NCBI GenBank assembly: GCA_048882325.1
Contig: JBHLRS010000002.1
Location: 32,001 to 96,000 of the forward strand
Direction of reading: 5' to 3'
Length of the DNA stretch: 64,000 nucleotides
Source: Candidatus Thorarchaeota archaeon
GTDB lineage: Archaea; Asgardarchaeota; Thorarchaeia; Thorarchaeales; Thorarchaeaceae
This document shows positions 48,151-56,985 of the stretch, piece after piece. Position 1 is the first letter of the stretch, and the number at the start of each line of letters is the position of its first letter. Made by a program: the position numbers and the translations under genes. The notes beneath the pieces were generated by a model that made no database searches, was not told where the DNA came from, and worked only from the letters and a program-made list of their open reading frames with translations.

Positions 48151-48795
48151 ATGAAGAAACTGGCAATCGGTCTTGTTTTACTTGTAATCGGAGGTGTTAT
48201 CGCAGTTGTTCTCTTTCAACAGAATGATTTCATTCAAGACACGTTTGACACAGAAGGACGCTATGATGCAAGTGTTCTCGACAATATGGGAGTCATTTAC
48301 TCTAACAGGTCTGACATCAGATCGTTTAATGAGGCCTACAGCGAATCAGATAACTGTCCATGGGGATTTGTCCATAACGGAATTGATTATGCCTATTTCA
48401 ATGACTCAGATGTCATCGCGGCTGCACCTGGATTAGTAGAGCGGATCGAATTGAATGATTGGGGTCCAGAAGCACAACATCGTTATACGATCATGGTGGA
48501 GATCAGATTCAATTCATCAGTAAGTTTAATCTATAATTTTGAACCTTGGACAAATTCTACCAATGAACAAACACAGCAGGTCGAGATGTTCAACTTCGAG
48601 GTAGGAACATGGGTGGATAAAGGTGATGTGATTGCGAAATTCCTGGTTGCAGGGGAAGGGGCGCACATTCACTTTGGAGTAGTCCAAGATGATGAATGGA
48701 GAGATCCCACTCTATATCTGTCAACCGAAGGGTATAATGAACTCCTAGGCATGATTCATGAATTTCAGCCGACCTGGGAGATTAGCTATCCATAA
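48151..48795 (+). CDS. Membrane-anchored or secreted M23 (LytM)-like metallopeptidase
   Basis: N-terminal hydrophobic anchor; HNGIDY, VIAAAPGLV, GTWVDKGDVIA, HIHFGV, DP..YL. Confidence 0.75.
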   Translation: MKKLAIGLVLLVIGGVIAVVLFQQNDFIQDTFDTEGRYDASVLDNMGVIYSNRSDIRSFNEAYSESDNCPWGFVHNGIDYAYFNDSDVIAAAPGLVERIELNDWGPEAQHRYTIMVEIRFNSSVSLIYNFEPWTNSTNEQTQQVEMFNFEVGTWVDKGDVIAKFLVAGEGAHIHFGVVQDDEWRDPTLYLSTEGYNELLGMIHEFQPTWEISYP

Positions 48796-48820
48796 ACCTG
48801 GATAGCTCAATCTCATTAAG

Positions 48821-50125
48821 CTAAGGAAAGATTCGGCTGACAGTCCTGGGAAAGGGTATGCAATCCCGAATATGCTCAAGATTGAGCATCCAGGTCATCA
48901 ATCGGTCAACACCCACTCCAAAACCTGAGTGAGGTACACTTCCATATCTTCGAATGTCGAGGTACCACTCATACTTCTTTGGATCATCACCAATCCTGTT
49001 CAGGTTGTCAATGATTCTTTGATAATCGGTTTCACGTTCGCTTGCACCTATCATCTCTCCGAAGCCTTCAGGAGCAAGGAGGTCGTTGTTTTTGTAAGTT
49101 CGGGGGTCTTCCTCATTGTTTTTCATATAGAAAGACTTGATCTCTTTTGGATAGAATTCTACGAAGAGGAATTTCTCTCGATCGTCTGTAAGAATGTGTT
49201 CTGCTTCAGTTCGAATATCCTGTCCCCATTCTATGTCAAGACCAGCTTTTTGACAAATATCAATAGCCTCAGTGTACGTCATTCTATCAAATGGGGGCTT
49301 GACATTGTAGAGTCTTTCCAGATCCACACCCAGTTCTTTGAGCTCAGGACGTCTGTTGTCTGCAACTGAGTGACACATTGCACTGATGAGACCCTCCTGT
49401 CGTTTAAGGTTACATTCATGATCGCACCAAGCTTCCTCAACCTCTAAATGCCAAAACTCTGTGAGGTGCTTTCTTGTCCTAGACTTTTCTGCACGAAATG
49501 AAGGGGCTAAAATAAACACCTTCTCCATTGCGAACAACTGTGGCTCAAGATGCATTTGACTTGTTTGAGTCAGATACACCTTCTTGCCAAAGTACTCTAC
49601 CTCAAAGAGTTCAGCGCCTTCCTCGCCCATCGTTGACACAAACATAGGTGAGGTTGTTTCATAGAACCCTTCACTTCGAAGATATGCTCTAGCACCTCTA
49701 AACACTTCATCTCGAATCTTCAATACATTTGTGAGCTTTCTGGACCTCATCCATAGGTGACGATTATCATTCAAGAATTCAGTGCTTTGGTGCTCCGTTA
49801 TCGGAAACTCTTCTGCGAAGTGCAAGACTTCAAACTTCTCAACTTGAACTTCGTATCCTCCCTCTGCACGAGAGTCAGCTTTTGCTGTACCGACCATTGT
49901 GACGAGAGACTCTATCAGCATCTTTTCAGCGTCAGCGTATTCTGTTTCGCTGACCACTGTCTTCTTGATTACGGTTTGAACAACACCTGAAGGATCACGT
50001 AGAAGAACAAAGACCATCTTCTTCTGCTTACGGATTCTATGAACCCATCCGCGGAGATGGACTTTCTCCCCTTCGTATTTTCCTTCAAGCACGTCACCGA
50101 CGTGAATATAGCTCACTGTTGTCAC
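48821..50125 (-). CDS. asnS: Asparagine--tRNA ligase
   Basis: OB fold LRGWVHRIR; FRAEKSRTRKHLTEFWHLEVE; GSVPHSGFGVGVDRL. Confidence 0.9.
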   Translation of the reverse strand: MTTVSYIHVGDVLEGKYEGEKVHLRGWVHRIRKQKKMVFVLLRDPSGVVQTVIKKTVVSETEYADAEKMLIESLVTMVGTAKADSRAEGGYEVQVEKFEVLHFAEEFPITEHQSTEFLNDNRHLWMRSRKLTNVLKIRDEVFRGARAYLRSEGFYETTSPMFVSTMGEEGAELFEVEYFGKKVYLTQTSQMHLEPQLFAMEKVFILAPSFRAEKSRTRKHLTEFWHLEVEEAWCDHECNLKRQEGLISAMCHSVADNRRPELKELGVDLERLYNVKPPFDRMTYTEAIDICQKAGLDIEWGQDIRTEAEHILTDDREKFLFVEFYPKEIKSFYMKNNEEDPRTYKNNDLLAPEGFGEMIGASERETDYQRIIDNLNRIGDDPKKYEWYLDIRRYGSVPHSGFGVGVDRLMTWMLNLEHIRDCIPFPRTVSRIFP

Positions 50126-50221
50126 CTTGATTAAATGTCCACTGCCATCTATAGCAGTGGCTCTCCTGACCTCACTTGCTAGAGATAAAAGGATGACGGC
50201 TTTTTAGGACCGCCATTCGCT

Positions 50222-52135
50222 CTAGCGATACTTAAAGAACCATATGACGCCAATAATCGCAATGACTCCAACGGCAAGAAGAGCAACGGATGTGAGATAC
50301 ACCATTGCCGTTGATGTTGTCACATAGACCATAACGATAGACTCAGCCATGTTGCCACCGAGATCATAAACGCGGAGGGTTACATTGTGCTGTCCTTGAG
50401 GTAGCCCTGAGAAGTCAAACTCAATTGTCGTAGTAGTCCAGTCTTCTGTTACAACAACAACGCCATCGAGAAGAATCTCATAGTAGTCTTGGAAATCGTC
50501 AGACGCTGTCCAGTTGTAAATCTGGTGTTGAGCGCCCTGTGCATAACGAATGGTCTGAGGACTGTAACTAATCACAGGTGCAATCTCGTCTCCGAGCACA
50601 GTGACCAACACACTATCCATCGCAGTGTTGCCACTAGTATCGTTGACAAAGAGGCTAAAATTGTGTACGCCAATCTCAAGATCATTCAAACTGATTTCGA
50701 TGACAGGATTATCTGGGTCGATAGTGCCATTCTCAAAGGACTCTTCATTTCTGGTTATCTGATACTTGTCGGGGTAGTCATCAGTGACATTCCAAGAGAG
50801 CGTGTATCCTGATTCACTGAATGTGAACTCAACCGGGTCTGGTCCTTCAATAACTGGTGTAACATTCTCATAGAACCGAAGTGTGATTATATCCTCCGCG
50901 AAATTTGAATTCAGGTCATAGGCAAATAACCGGACCTCATATTCACCGATGATGAACTCAGGAAATGAAGCACTGACATTGTACACATAGTCAAATGTGG
51001 TATTGACCCAAGATGTTGTGGCATTGAGATGATTATCAATCCACACTTCAATTGAACTTGGGTACTCATCTTCCACAGTCCAGGTCAAAGTCACATTTTC
51101 CGCATCAATTAAAACATCAACATCACCGGGACTCGTGATGATCGGGTCTCGTACATCAGATTCCACAGCAGTCAGGTTGTAGAAATAATCTCCTAGCCCA
51201 ACAGGTTGACCCATATAGTAGATAGTCCAGTTGATGAATTCGATTGGTAAGTCAACAAAGATCACGGTACCATTTGCAGGTGTGACTTTGGAATCATAGA
51301 CTGTACCATTCTTGAAAGTCACCTGTACATCTGCACCCACGATTGGAGACAGACTGGTTTCATAGTATGCAAAGACTTCCAAGTCAAGATGATCTGGGTT
51401 TCCAGTTATTGGACCAATACTCTGGTGTGCAAGTAATTGTGTTCCATTCGACTCAACCTCTCCTTCATCAAGCAGGTACCCATCATATGTTGGGTCATAT
51501 AGCACAGACAAACGCCAAGTGTAGTTATCCTGTGGTAGGTCTGCAAAGTTAGCAGTCCCATCGGTGACTTCAACCTGAGCATAAATTGACATATCACTTG
51601 TACGATGAATCGAGAAGTTGAGGTTCTGTGCAGGATTGCCTTCAATATCCGTTATGGTTGCATTAAGGTCATCCTCATCATTTTCCCAATCAATATTTCC
51701 AAATAGGATACTGACGATTGCCTCGGGACCATCTGACACAATTTGACCTGTTTCCTGAGGAGTTATTGAATCGGTATCATGTGAAACATTCCACTGATAG
51801 ATACCTCTGGGCAGGTTTGAGAACAAGGCATAGCCATTCCCATCTGTTTGAGTTTCATCTTCAAGCAATCCAGTGGAAACATTGTAGAGACGTACCCAAG
51901 CGTTGTTCAAGGGAGTCGTACCATTCCGGACCCTGAATTCAAAGTCATCATCATTGAATGCGAGTAAGTTGTTATAGACTCTGACATCCACAACATAGTT
52001 TGTCGCAGCAGGTTCAAATGATGTGTCTTGGTAAGCATGTGAGATCAGGTTCTCACTATATGAAACTGGAATAGCGATACTAGCCGCAAATAGAACCAGG
52101 AAGAGGAATGTGAACGCTCTGTGTAACTTGCTCAT
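50222..52135 (-). CDS. Membrane-anchored surface protein with Ig-like repeats, paralogous to 18041-19798
   Basis: Signal peptide; N-terminal beta-sandwich repeats (F..LP...Y.W); three C-terminal repeats like those in 18041-19798; TM plus KYR. Confidence 0.75.
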   Translation of the reverse strand: MSKLHRAFTFLFLVLFAASIAIPVSYSENLISHAYQDTSFEPAATNYVVDVRVYNNLLAFNDDDFEFRVRNGTTPLNNAWVRLYNVSTGLLEDETQTDGNGYALFSNLPRGIYQWNVSHDTDSITPQETGQIVSDGPEAIVSILFGNIDWENDEDDLNATITDIEGNPAQNLNFSIHRTSDMSIYAQVEVTDGTANFADLPQDNYTWRLSVLYDPTYDGYLLDEGEVESNGTQLLAHQSIGPITGNPDHLDLEVFAYYETSLSPIVGADVQVTFKNGTVYDSKVTPANGTVIFVDLPIEFINWTIYYMGQPVGLGDYFYNLTAVESDVRDPIITSPGDVDVLIDAENVTLTWTVEDEYPSSIEVWIDNHLNATTSWVNTTFDYVYNVSASFPEFIIGEYEVRLFAYDLNSNFAEDIITLRFYENVTPVIEGPDPVEFTFSESGYTLSWNVTDDYPDKYQITRNEESFENGTIDPDNPVIEISLNDLEIGVHNFSLFVNDTSGNTAMDSVLVTVLGDEIAPVISYSPQTIRYAQGAQHQIYNWTASDDFQDYYEILLDGVVVVTEDWTTTTIEFDFSGLPQGQHNVTLRVYDLGGNMAESIVMVYVTTSTAMVYLTSVALLAVGVIAIIGVIWFFKYR

Positions 52136-52296
52136 CCAATGTCACTCTCGATAAAAGATAGAGACGGACTTCCTTCAGTCATCTCGACACTTGGCGGCGT
52201 CGAACCTTCAGCGCGCATAAAAGGGTTTTCATAGTTAAACTTCAGAACTATTGAGCTAGAACAATCCTTATGACATGAAGTAGAGCGGAAACAATC

Positions 52297-52713
52297 ATGA
52301 CAGAAATTCAATGGGATGAAAGTCTTTCAGTCGGTATTGAATTAATAGACGATCAACACAAGCTCCTGATTCAGCGTATTAGGGATCTCTCCGATGCAGT
52401 CAACTCAAGTAGAGGGGCCATAGAGATCGGGAACACACTTAGTTTTTTGATAGACTATACCGAGTTCCATTTCTCAACTGAAGAGAAGCATATGTATAAC
52501 ATGGATTATCCCGGACGTGATTTTCATAGGGAACAACATGACGAGTTCAAATCCACACTCAATGAAATGGTAATGGAGTTTGAGGAGGATGGAGCAACAG
52601 CACAACTCAGTGAATGGGTAAACAACTACTTGATCAATTGGTTGATAAAACACATCAAATCTATTGATACGAAACTTAGTGACTTTCTTCAAGAAAAAGG
52701 ATTTGAGGGATAG
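52297..52713 (+). CDS. Bacteriohemerythrin
   Basis: W...LSVG...IDDQH, HFSTEE, HREQH, WL..HI...D; all iron ligands present. Confidence 0.92.
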   Translation: MTEIQWDESLSVGIELIDDQHKLLIQRIRDLSDAVNSSRGAIEIGNTLSFLIDYTEFHFSTEEKHMYNMDYPGRDFHREQHDEFKSTLNEMVMEFEEDGATAQLSEWVNNYLINWLIKHIKSIDTKLSDFLQEKGFEG

Positions 52714-52748
52714 AAGGAAAATCTATCCCATGATTTCTTGTTTTGTCT

Positions 52749-53648
52749 CTATCTCAATTTAAGAATTTTCGCCACATTTGCATCGGCATCAATGACAGGT
52801 TCAATCATTCCCTTTGTTGACGTGAACAAAGTAGTGACACCAGGTCCATGACCAGAAATCACACAATCACTATGAACAACTATTCCTACGGACACAGCAT
52901 CTTTGAGGTATATCCTTCCAAATGAATGATCAGCATCCATTATAGCTACAAGGTCTCCAAACCTCAGGTCATCAAGACCATACTCCTTGTTAGTAACCTC
53001 ATCAAAGAGTTGGATATCATAGTCACCGGAATATACCTGATCTGCCCCCAAACCAGAACCCATTATCTTTGCAGGGACTTTGTGTGTGACAGGAATTGCT
53101 AGCTTTCCATCCTCATCCCCAAAATTAATTTTGTTCACAAACCGTGGGTCGATATTCATGACTTTGATATCAGGATAATCCAGAAGCTCGAGCCCCTGAC
53201 CATAAGCCTTAATCTGCATTTTATCTCCAATAGCGAGTTTCTCCATAATAGCTTCAGAAAAATCTACCATCACATGCTCGATACCGCCATGTTTCCCAAC
53301 AACTGTTCCCTTCTCGCCTTTGGCATCACTAGTACCAATGACTGTTGCTTCATTGCCAACGCAAGAGAGAATGTTTAGCGAGTTGTTCGCCATTGTCTTG
53401 AATCTAGCATCATTCTCTTTATTCTCGATACTCACACCAGGTTCAACATGGTCAGCTTTCCAACCAGTTGCGAGGTCTCCAACTCGGAGATTGTATGTTA
53501 TTCCTCCAACTCCAGGAAGTGTGACTGGCTGCCCGTCATGAGTTATTCGGTATGGTGATCTTGCTACTGGACTAGCAACCTCACCTAGCACGGATATCTT
53601 CACAATTTTGTCTTCGTTCGTATGAATTTGCATGATTGATTCAACCAA
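52749..53648 (-). CDS. DUF4438-family protein
   Basis: LPGVGGITYN, DHVEPGVS, GKHGG, MGSGLG, GDYDI, SGHGPGV. Confidence 0.7.
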   Translation of the reverse strand: MVESIMQIHTNEDKIVKISVLGEVASPVARSPYRITHDGQPVTLPGVGGITYNLRVGDLATGWKADHVEPGVSIENKENDARFKTMANNSLNILSCVGNEATVIGTSDAKGEKGTVVGKHGGIEHVMVDFSEAIMEKLAIGDKMQIKAYGQGLELLDYPDIKVMNIDPRFVNKINFGDEDGKLAIPVTHKVPAKIMGSGLGADQVYSGDYDIQLFDEVTNKEYGLDDLRFGDLVAIMDADHSFGRIYLKDAVSVGIVVHSDCVISGHGPGVTTLFTSTKGMIEPVIDADANVAKILKLR

Positions 53649-53704
53649 TGGGGGGATAGGATAGCCTGTAGATAAGAATGATGTTTACTTCAATCCTAGA
53701 TCAA

Positions 53705-54535
53705 TCACAGATGCTCTTCAAGCCAGCCAAACAAGTCAGACAGAACTTCTTCGCTACCTTCATCTTGGAATGGCTCATGATACATTCCCGGGTAGAGCTT
53801 CCATGTCTTGTCATCAGAAGCAATATTGTCAAAGAATTCCTTGTTTCGTTCAGGATCAAGGATGAGGTCTTCTCCTGCTTGTTGAAGTATGACGGGGAGT
53901 GTGATCCTATTAGCTAGATTGAAACCTTCCTCACTTGCCCTTAGTCCTTCAGTGCCAAATCGGGGAGTTGCCTTGTCGAATCTAAGAGGGTCTTCTTGAT
54001 TTCTCTTGACAAACTCAGGATTTCGTGATACTAATTCAAGATCCAATCCATTATCAAAGTACATCTTTACATTGATTTTGGAAAGAAGTTTTGCTATTGC
54101 TCTGGTTGCTCCACTCATCTTAAGCCGCTCGGATACTGCAGGACAGGGAATAACTATACCGTCAGCCTCGTTAGGGTGATTGGCGATGTATCGAATTACA
54201 TGAAGTCCACCAAGGGAATGACCAAAGAGAAACAGCTTCATGTCATGATGCATCAACTTTAGATATGCTACAAGAGATTCCATGTCCTCTATGTACTCAT
54301 CGAAACTCTCTACATGTCCCTTTCTTCCTGGATATGTACCAAATGCTCGCATATCTGGGGCATAGAAGATGTATCCTCTCGATGTGAACTGCTCAGCTAT
54401 GAAGTCCATTAGACCACTGTGTGACCCCAACCCATGTATTCCCAAAACAACAGCCTTTGGACTGCTATCAGGTTTCCAGATTCGCAACAACATGGTGGTG
54501 CCGTCAAAGCCTTGATACGTGCTTTCTTCACTCAT
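53705..54535 (-). CDS. Lysophospholipase / monoacylglycerol lipase-like alpha/beta hydrolase
   Basis: HGLGSHSG, GHSLGG, YPGMYHE. Confidence 0.88.
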   Translation of the reverse strand: MSEESTYQGFDGTTMLLRIWKPDSSPKAVVLGIHGLGSHSGLMDFIAEQFTSRGYIFYAPDMRAFGTYPGRKGHVESFDEYIEDMESLVAYLKLMHHDMKLFLFGHSLGGLHVIRYIANHPNEADGIVIPCPAVSERLKMSGATRAIAKLLSKINVKMYFDNGLDLELVSRNPEFVKRNQEDPLRFDKATPRFGTEGLRASEEGFNLANRITLPVILQQAGEDLILDPERNKEFFDNIASDDKTWKLYPGMYHEPFQDEGSEEVLSDLFGWLEEHL

Positions 54536-54595
54536 CGTGAAAACCAAGGAAATACATGGGCAAAATACCCTATGTGTCTTCCGAAGTCTTTGATT

Positions 54596-55396
54596 TTATT
54601 GATTGAAAGCGAGTCTCTTCCTCGGATAATCAATAACTGTTTCAAATCTGTTCAGGAAATCAAATCCAAGTATTCCATGCTCAATGAGTTTCCCTTTGGG
54701 TGAAACCTTGCTTAAATCGAGAACAACAGCCGAAGTGTGAGAGATTTCTGCGTTTCCGACAGCTAGTTTTTGAACTTCTGTGAGCATTAGTTCGTAGTCT
54801 CCACCAATCCCTCGAGCTATACCCCAGCCAGGTTTCGGATCAAGGCCAATTCGGGTTGCTAACTCTGGTGTTATGACCGTGTTGCCTGCGCCTGTGTCAA
54901 GTACAAAATCAAAGGGTCCTTTGTCATTAATGTGTACTGGAACTCCAACAAGGTGTGAGTCCTTAATGAATTTGAAAGAAATCCAATTCAGCTTTCTTTC
55001 AGAGATCCCTTTATGGAGTTTGAACAGTTTCTCATTGTAATTCAAAGACATTGTACAATGTCGCAGGGTTGTGAATCCCAGAACTCCCTCACGGCCGCCA
55101 CTAGCTTTCAATAAAGCATTGACATCCAGTACATAGACTTCATCTTCATCAAACTCAAGTGACCCGACTCCAATAGTTGCATCAGCATACTTGACAGGGA
55201 TACCACCCCCAATTCCTCGAGCCTCTGATTGTGCACCTGTACGAGTAGGGATACCCAAACTCTCTGCAAGCTGGGGAGTAATAGTTGTTGTTGAAGCTCC
55301 TGTGTCAAGGTCGAATGTGAATGGTCCACGACCATTAACTGTTACCGGAACTTTTACGAGACGGGTCCCTGAATCGATCTCAACCTCAGTTTCCAT
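54596..55396 (-). CDS. Two-domain retropepsin-like aspartyl protease
   Basis: Two repeats: FDLDTGA...GVLGF and FVLDTGA...GILGFDFL. Confidence 0.88.
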   Translation of the reverse strand: METEVEIDSGTRLVKVPVTVNGRGPFTFDLDTGASTTTITPQLAESLGIPTRTGAQSEARGIGGGIPVKYADATIGVGSLEFDEDEVYVLDVNALLKASGGREGVLGFTTLRHCTMSLNYNEKLFKLHKGISERKLNWISFKFIKDSHLVGVPVHINDKGPFDFVLDTGAGNTVITPELATRIGLDPKPGWGIARGIGGDYELMLTEVQKLAVGNAEISHTSAVVLDLSKVSPKGKLIEHGILGFDFLNRFETVIDYPRKRLAFNQ

Positions 55397-55409
55397 TGTT
55401 ATAGCCTCT

Positions 55410-56234
55410 TCACTCAGGTTTCGTGCCAGCTATGTAGGCACTATATGCTCCGTATATGCTAGCTCCAGCCTTGCTGTTAATCCTAGCATCTTTGAATCCA
55501 GCATCTCTCATATGTTGTAGATATTCCTCATCTAGGATTGCACCGCCAATGCATCCGGTGTATGTGATAACCTCATCACTGACTTCCTTTGGTAGAGGCT
55601 TTGAGAGTACAATATCAGACACCATAACTCGACCACCAGGCTTTAGGACTCTGTATACTTCACGAAAGACCTTACCCTTGTCTGGAGCCAAGTTGATCAC
55701 ACAGTTACTGATTACGACATCAACTAAATTGTCTTCAATGGGCATATCCTCAATGTCTCCAAATCGAAACTCAACATTAGTGATGCCAAGTTCCTCAGCA
55801 TTCTTCTTCGCCTTTTCAATCATAGCAGGTGTCATATCAACTCCAATGACCTTACCTGTGTCGCCGACTTTCTTACTGGCTACAAACATGTCGAGACCTG
55901 CACCACTCCCAAGATCAAGAACAACTTCTCCTTCTTTCAGACTTGCCAGTGCAACTGGATTTCCACATCCTGCAAAAGTTTCAACGGCGCCAGTTGGCAT
56001 ACCTTCGGTATCATATCCCAATGCTTGTGCAAGGTTCACTCTTGTGACCTTAGCCTCCTCTTGAGGTCCACAACAACTAGAGGATGTTTGAGCTTGAGGA
56101 GGACAACATCCAGCATCGTTACTACTTGGTGACTGCTCCTCCGCAGACCAGGTTCCCTCAGCTACACGAGAGTATGCATCTCGTACAGCCTTTTTGATTT
56201 CATCAGATTTCATTTCACTGACTTTCTTTGTCAT
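55410..56234 (-). CDS. arsM: Arsenite S-adenosylmethionine methyltransferase
   Basis: N-terminal CC pairs, GCGNP, VLDLGSGAGLD, GVDMT, ISNCVINL, GCIGGA. Confidence 0.92.
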   Translation of the reverse strand: MTKKVSEMKSDEIKKAVRDAYSRVAEGTWSAEEQSPSSNDAGCCPPQAQTSSSCCGPQEEAKVTRVNLAQALGYDTEGMPTGAVETFAGCGNPVALASLKEGEVVLDLGSGAGLDMFVASKKVGDTGKVIGVDMTPAMIEKAKKNAEELGITNVEFRFGDIEDMPIEDNLVDVVISNCVINLAPDKGKVFREVYRVLKPGGRVMVSDIVLSKPLPKEVSDEVITYTGCIGGAILDEEYLQHMRDAGFKDARINSKAGASIYGAYSAYIAGTKPE

Positions 56235-56371
56235 ATTACCACCAATCTGTTTGGATTCTCGTTATTGTATTCGTAACAACCACAGGATAATTGACATGAG
56301 GACTTAGACTCGGTTTTCTTTTGGGATCCACATATCGGTCGGGATTCCGCAACAACTCTGTCTTCAGTCAT
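56231..56371 (-). CDS. Unlisted 46-aa Cys-rich ORF coupled to arsM
   Basis: Hand translation MTEDRVVAESRPICGSQKKTESKSSCQLSCGCYEYNNENPNRLVVI; SD GGTGAT; ATGA overlap with the arsM start. Confidence 0.55.
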   Translation of the reverse strand: MTEDRVVAESRPICGSQKKTESKSSCQLSCGCYEYNNENPNRLVVI

Positions 56372-56385
56372 TCAATCACCTTCTA

Positions 56386-56430
56386 TATTGGGTGTCCAAT
56401 ACATGACAAAAAATATTGGGCATCCAATAT
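56386..56430. promoter_or_regulatory. Two palindromic operator-like boxes TATTGG-N4-CCAATA over the predicted arsM-operon promoter
   Basis: TATTGGgtgtCCAATA 56386-56401 and ATATTGGgcatCCAATAT 56413-56430; minus-strand AAAG-TTTATA (BRE/TATA-like) overlaps box 2. Confidence 0.75.
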
Positions 56431-56485
56431 AAACTTTGCTTTTAGAGAAAGAAGTCAGTCTGCAGGTGAGAAAGAATTTATTAGC

Positions 56486-56501
56486 TATAGGAAGTCCAAT
56501 A
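56486..56501. promoter_or_regulatory. Third box (one mismatch) between the TATA-like element and start codon of padR
   Basis: TATAGGaagtCCAATA, just downstream of GAAAGAA-TTTATTA and 5 bp before ATG 56507. Confidence 0.65.
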
Positions 56502-56506
56502 GATAT

Positions 56507-56878
56507 ATGTCCGACCTAGAGCAGACTGAGCAGTGTTGTCCTCCTGATTGTTGTGATATGAGAGGACTTCTTACATTTCAGATCCTCTGGGAACTTGACA
56601 AAGAAGAAATGAATGGGCAACAGATTGCTGAAAAGATCGCGATCAGGAGAGGAACAAAACCGACTCCAGGTACTATCTATCCTGCTCTCAAGGAACTGAA
56701 GGAGGGTGGGCTTATTATTGGACGAAAGGAGGGTAGACAGGTCATCTACCAGCTAACACCTGAGGGAGAGAAAGGTCTTGCTCAAGCGTCCAGATATTTC
56801 CTGCAAGCATTCGGGGACATCGCAGAGGATGTCAAGGTGAAGATAGTTGTGATCAAGAAGGGCGATTGTGACTGCTAG
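56507..56878 (+). CDS. PadR-family transcriptional regulator with Cys-rich termini
   Basis: MRGLL...IL, PGTIYPAL..L...G, YQLT..G; N-terminal CCPPDCC and C-terminal CDC; ATG 56507. Confidence 0.88.
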   Translation: MSDLEQTEQCCPPDCCDMRGLLTFQILWELDKEEMNGQQIAEKIAIRRGTKPTPGTIYPALKELKEGGLIIGRKEGRQVIYQLTPEGEKGLAQASRYFLQAFGDIAEDVKVKIVVIKKGDCDC

Positions 56879-56940
56879 AGACAGTTATTCACTCACCATT
56901 GCTCACATTTAAAAGGCGACTTATTAAGAAAACTGCAGCC

Positions 56941-56960
56941 CCTTATATACTATATAAAGG
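56941..56960 (+). promoter_or_regulatory. TATA-rich element upstream of tbp
   Basis: CCTTATATACTATATAAAGG, 25 bp before ATG 56986. Confidence 0.5.
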
Positions 56961-56985
56961 CAAGAGAGCAGGCAGGTTTGAGCAG

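Noticed and set aside
48821-50125. Aspartyl-tRNA synthetase call
   Set aside because: The motif 2 region HLTEFWHLEVE fits AsnRS better than archaeal AspRS.
55456-56064. 202-aa plus-strand ORF
   Set aside because: Antisense shadow of arsM with no recognisable motifs. The same applies to the many 60-146 aa ORFs nested in or antisense to the called genes.
55410-56371. Selenocysteine read-through or fusion of the small ORF with arsM
   Set aside because: The TGA is in a different frame from arsM (ATGA overlap), and arsM has no in-frame TGA.
56321-56506. N-terminal extension of PadR in the ORF track
   Set aside because: It runs through the operator-like boxes and the opposite-strand small ORF; ATG 56507 fits the promoter and family length. 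Similar over-extended starts were trimmed for ribA, tbp, 18041-19921, 23399-24457 and 29283-31337.
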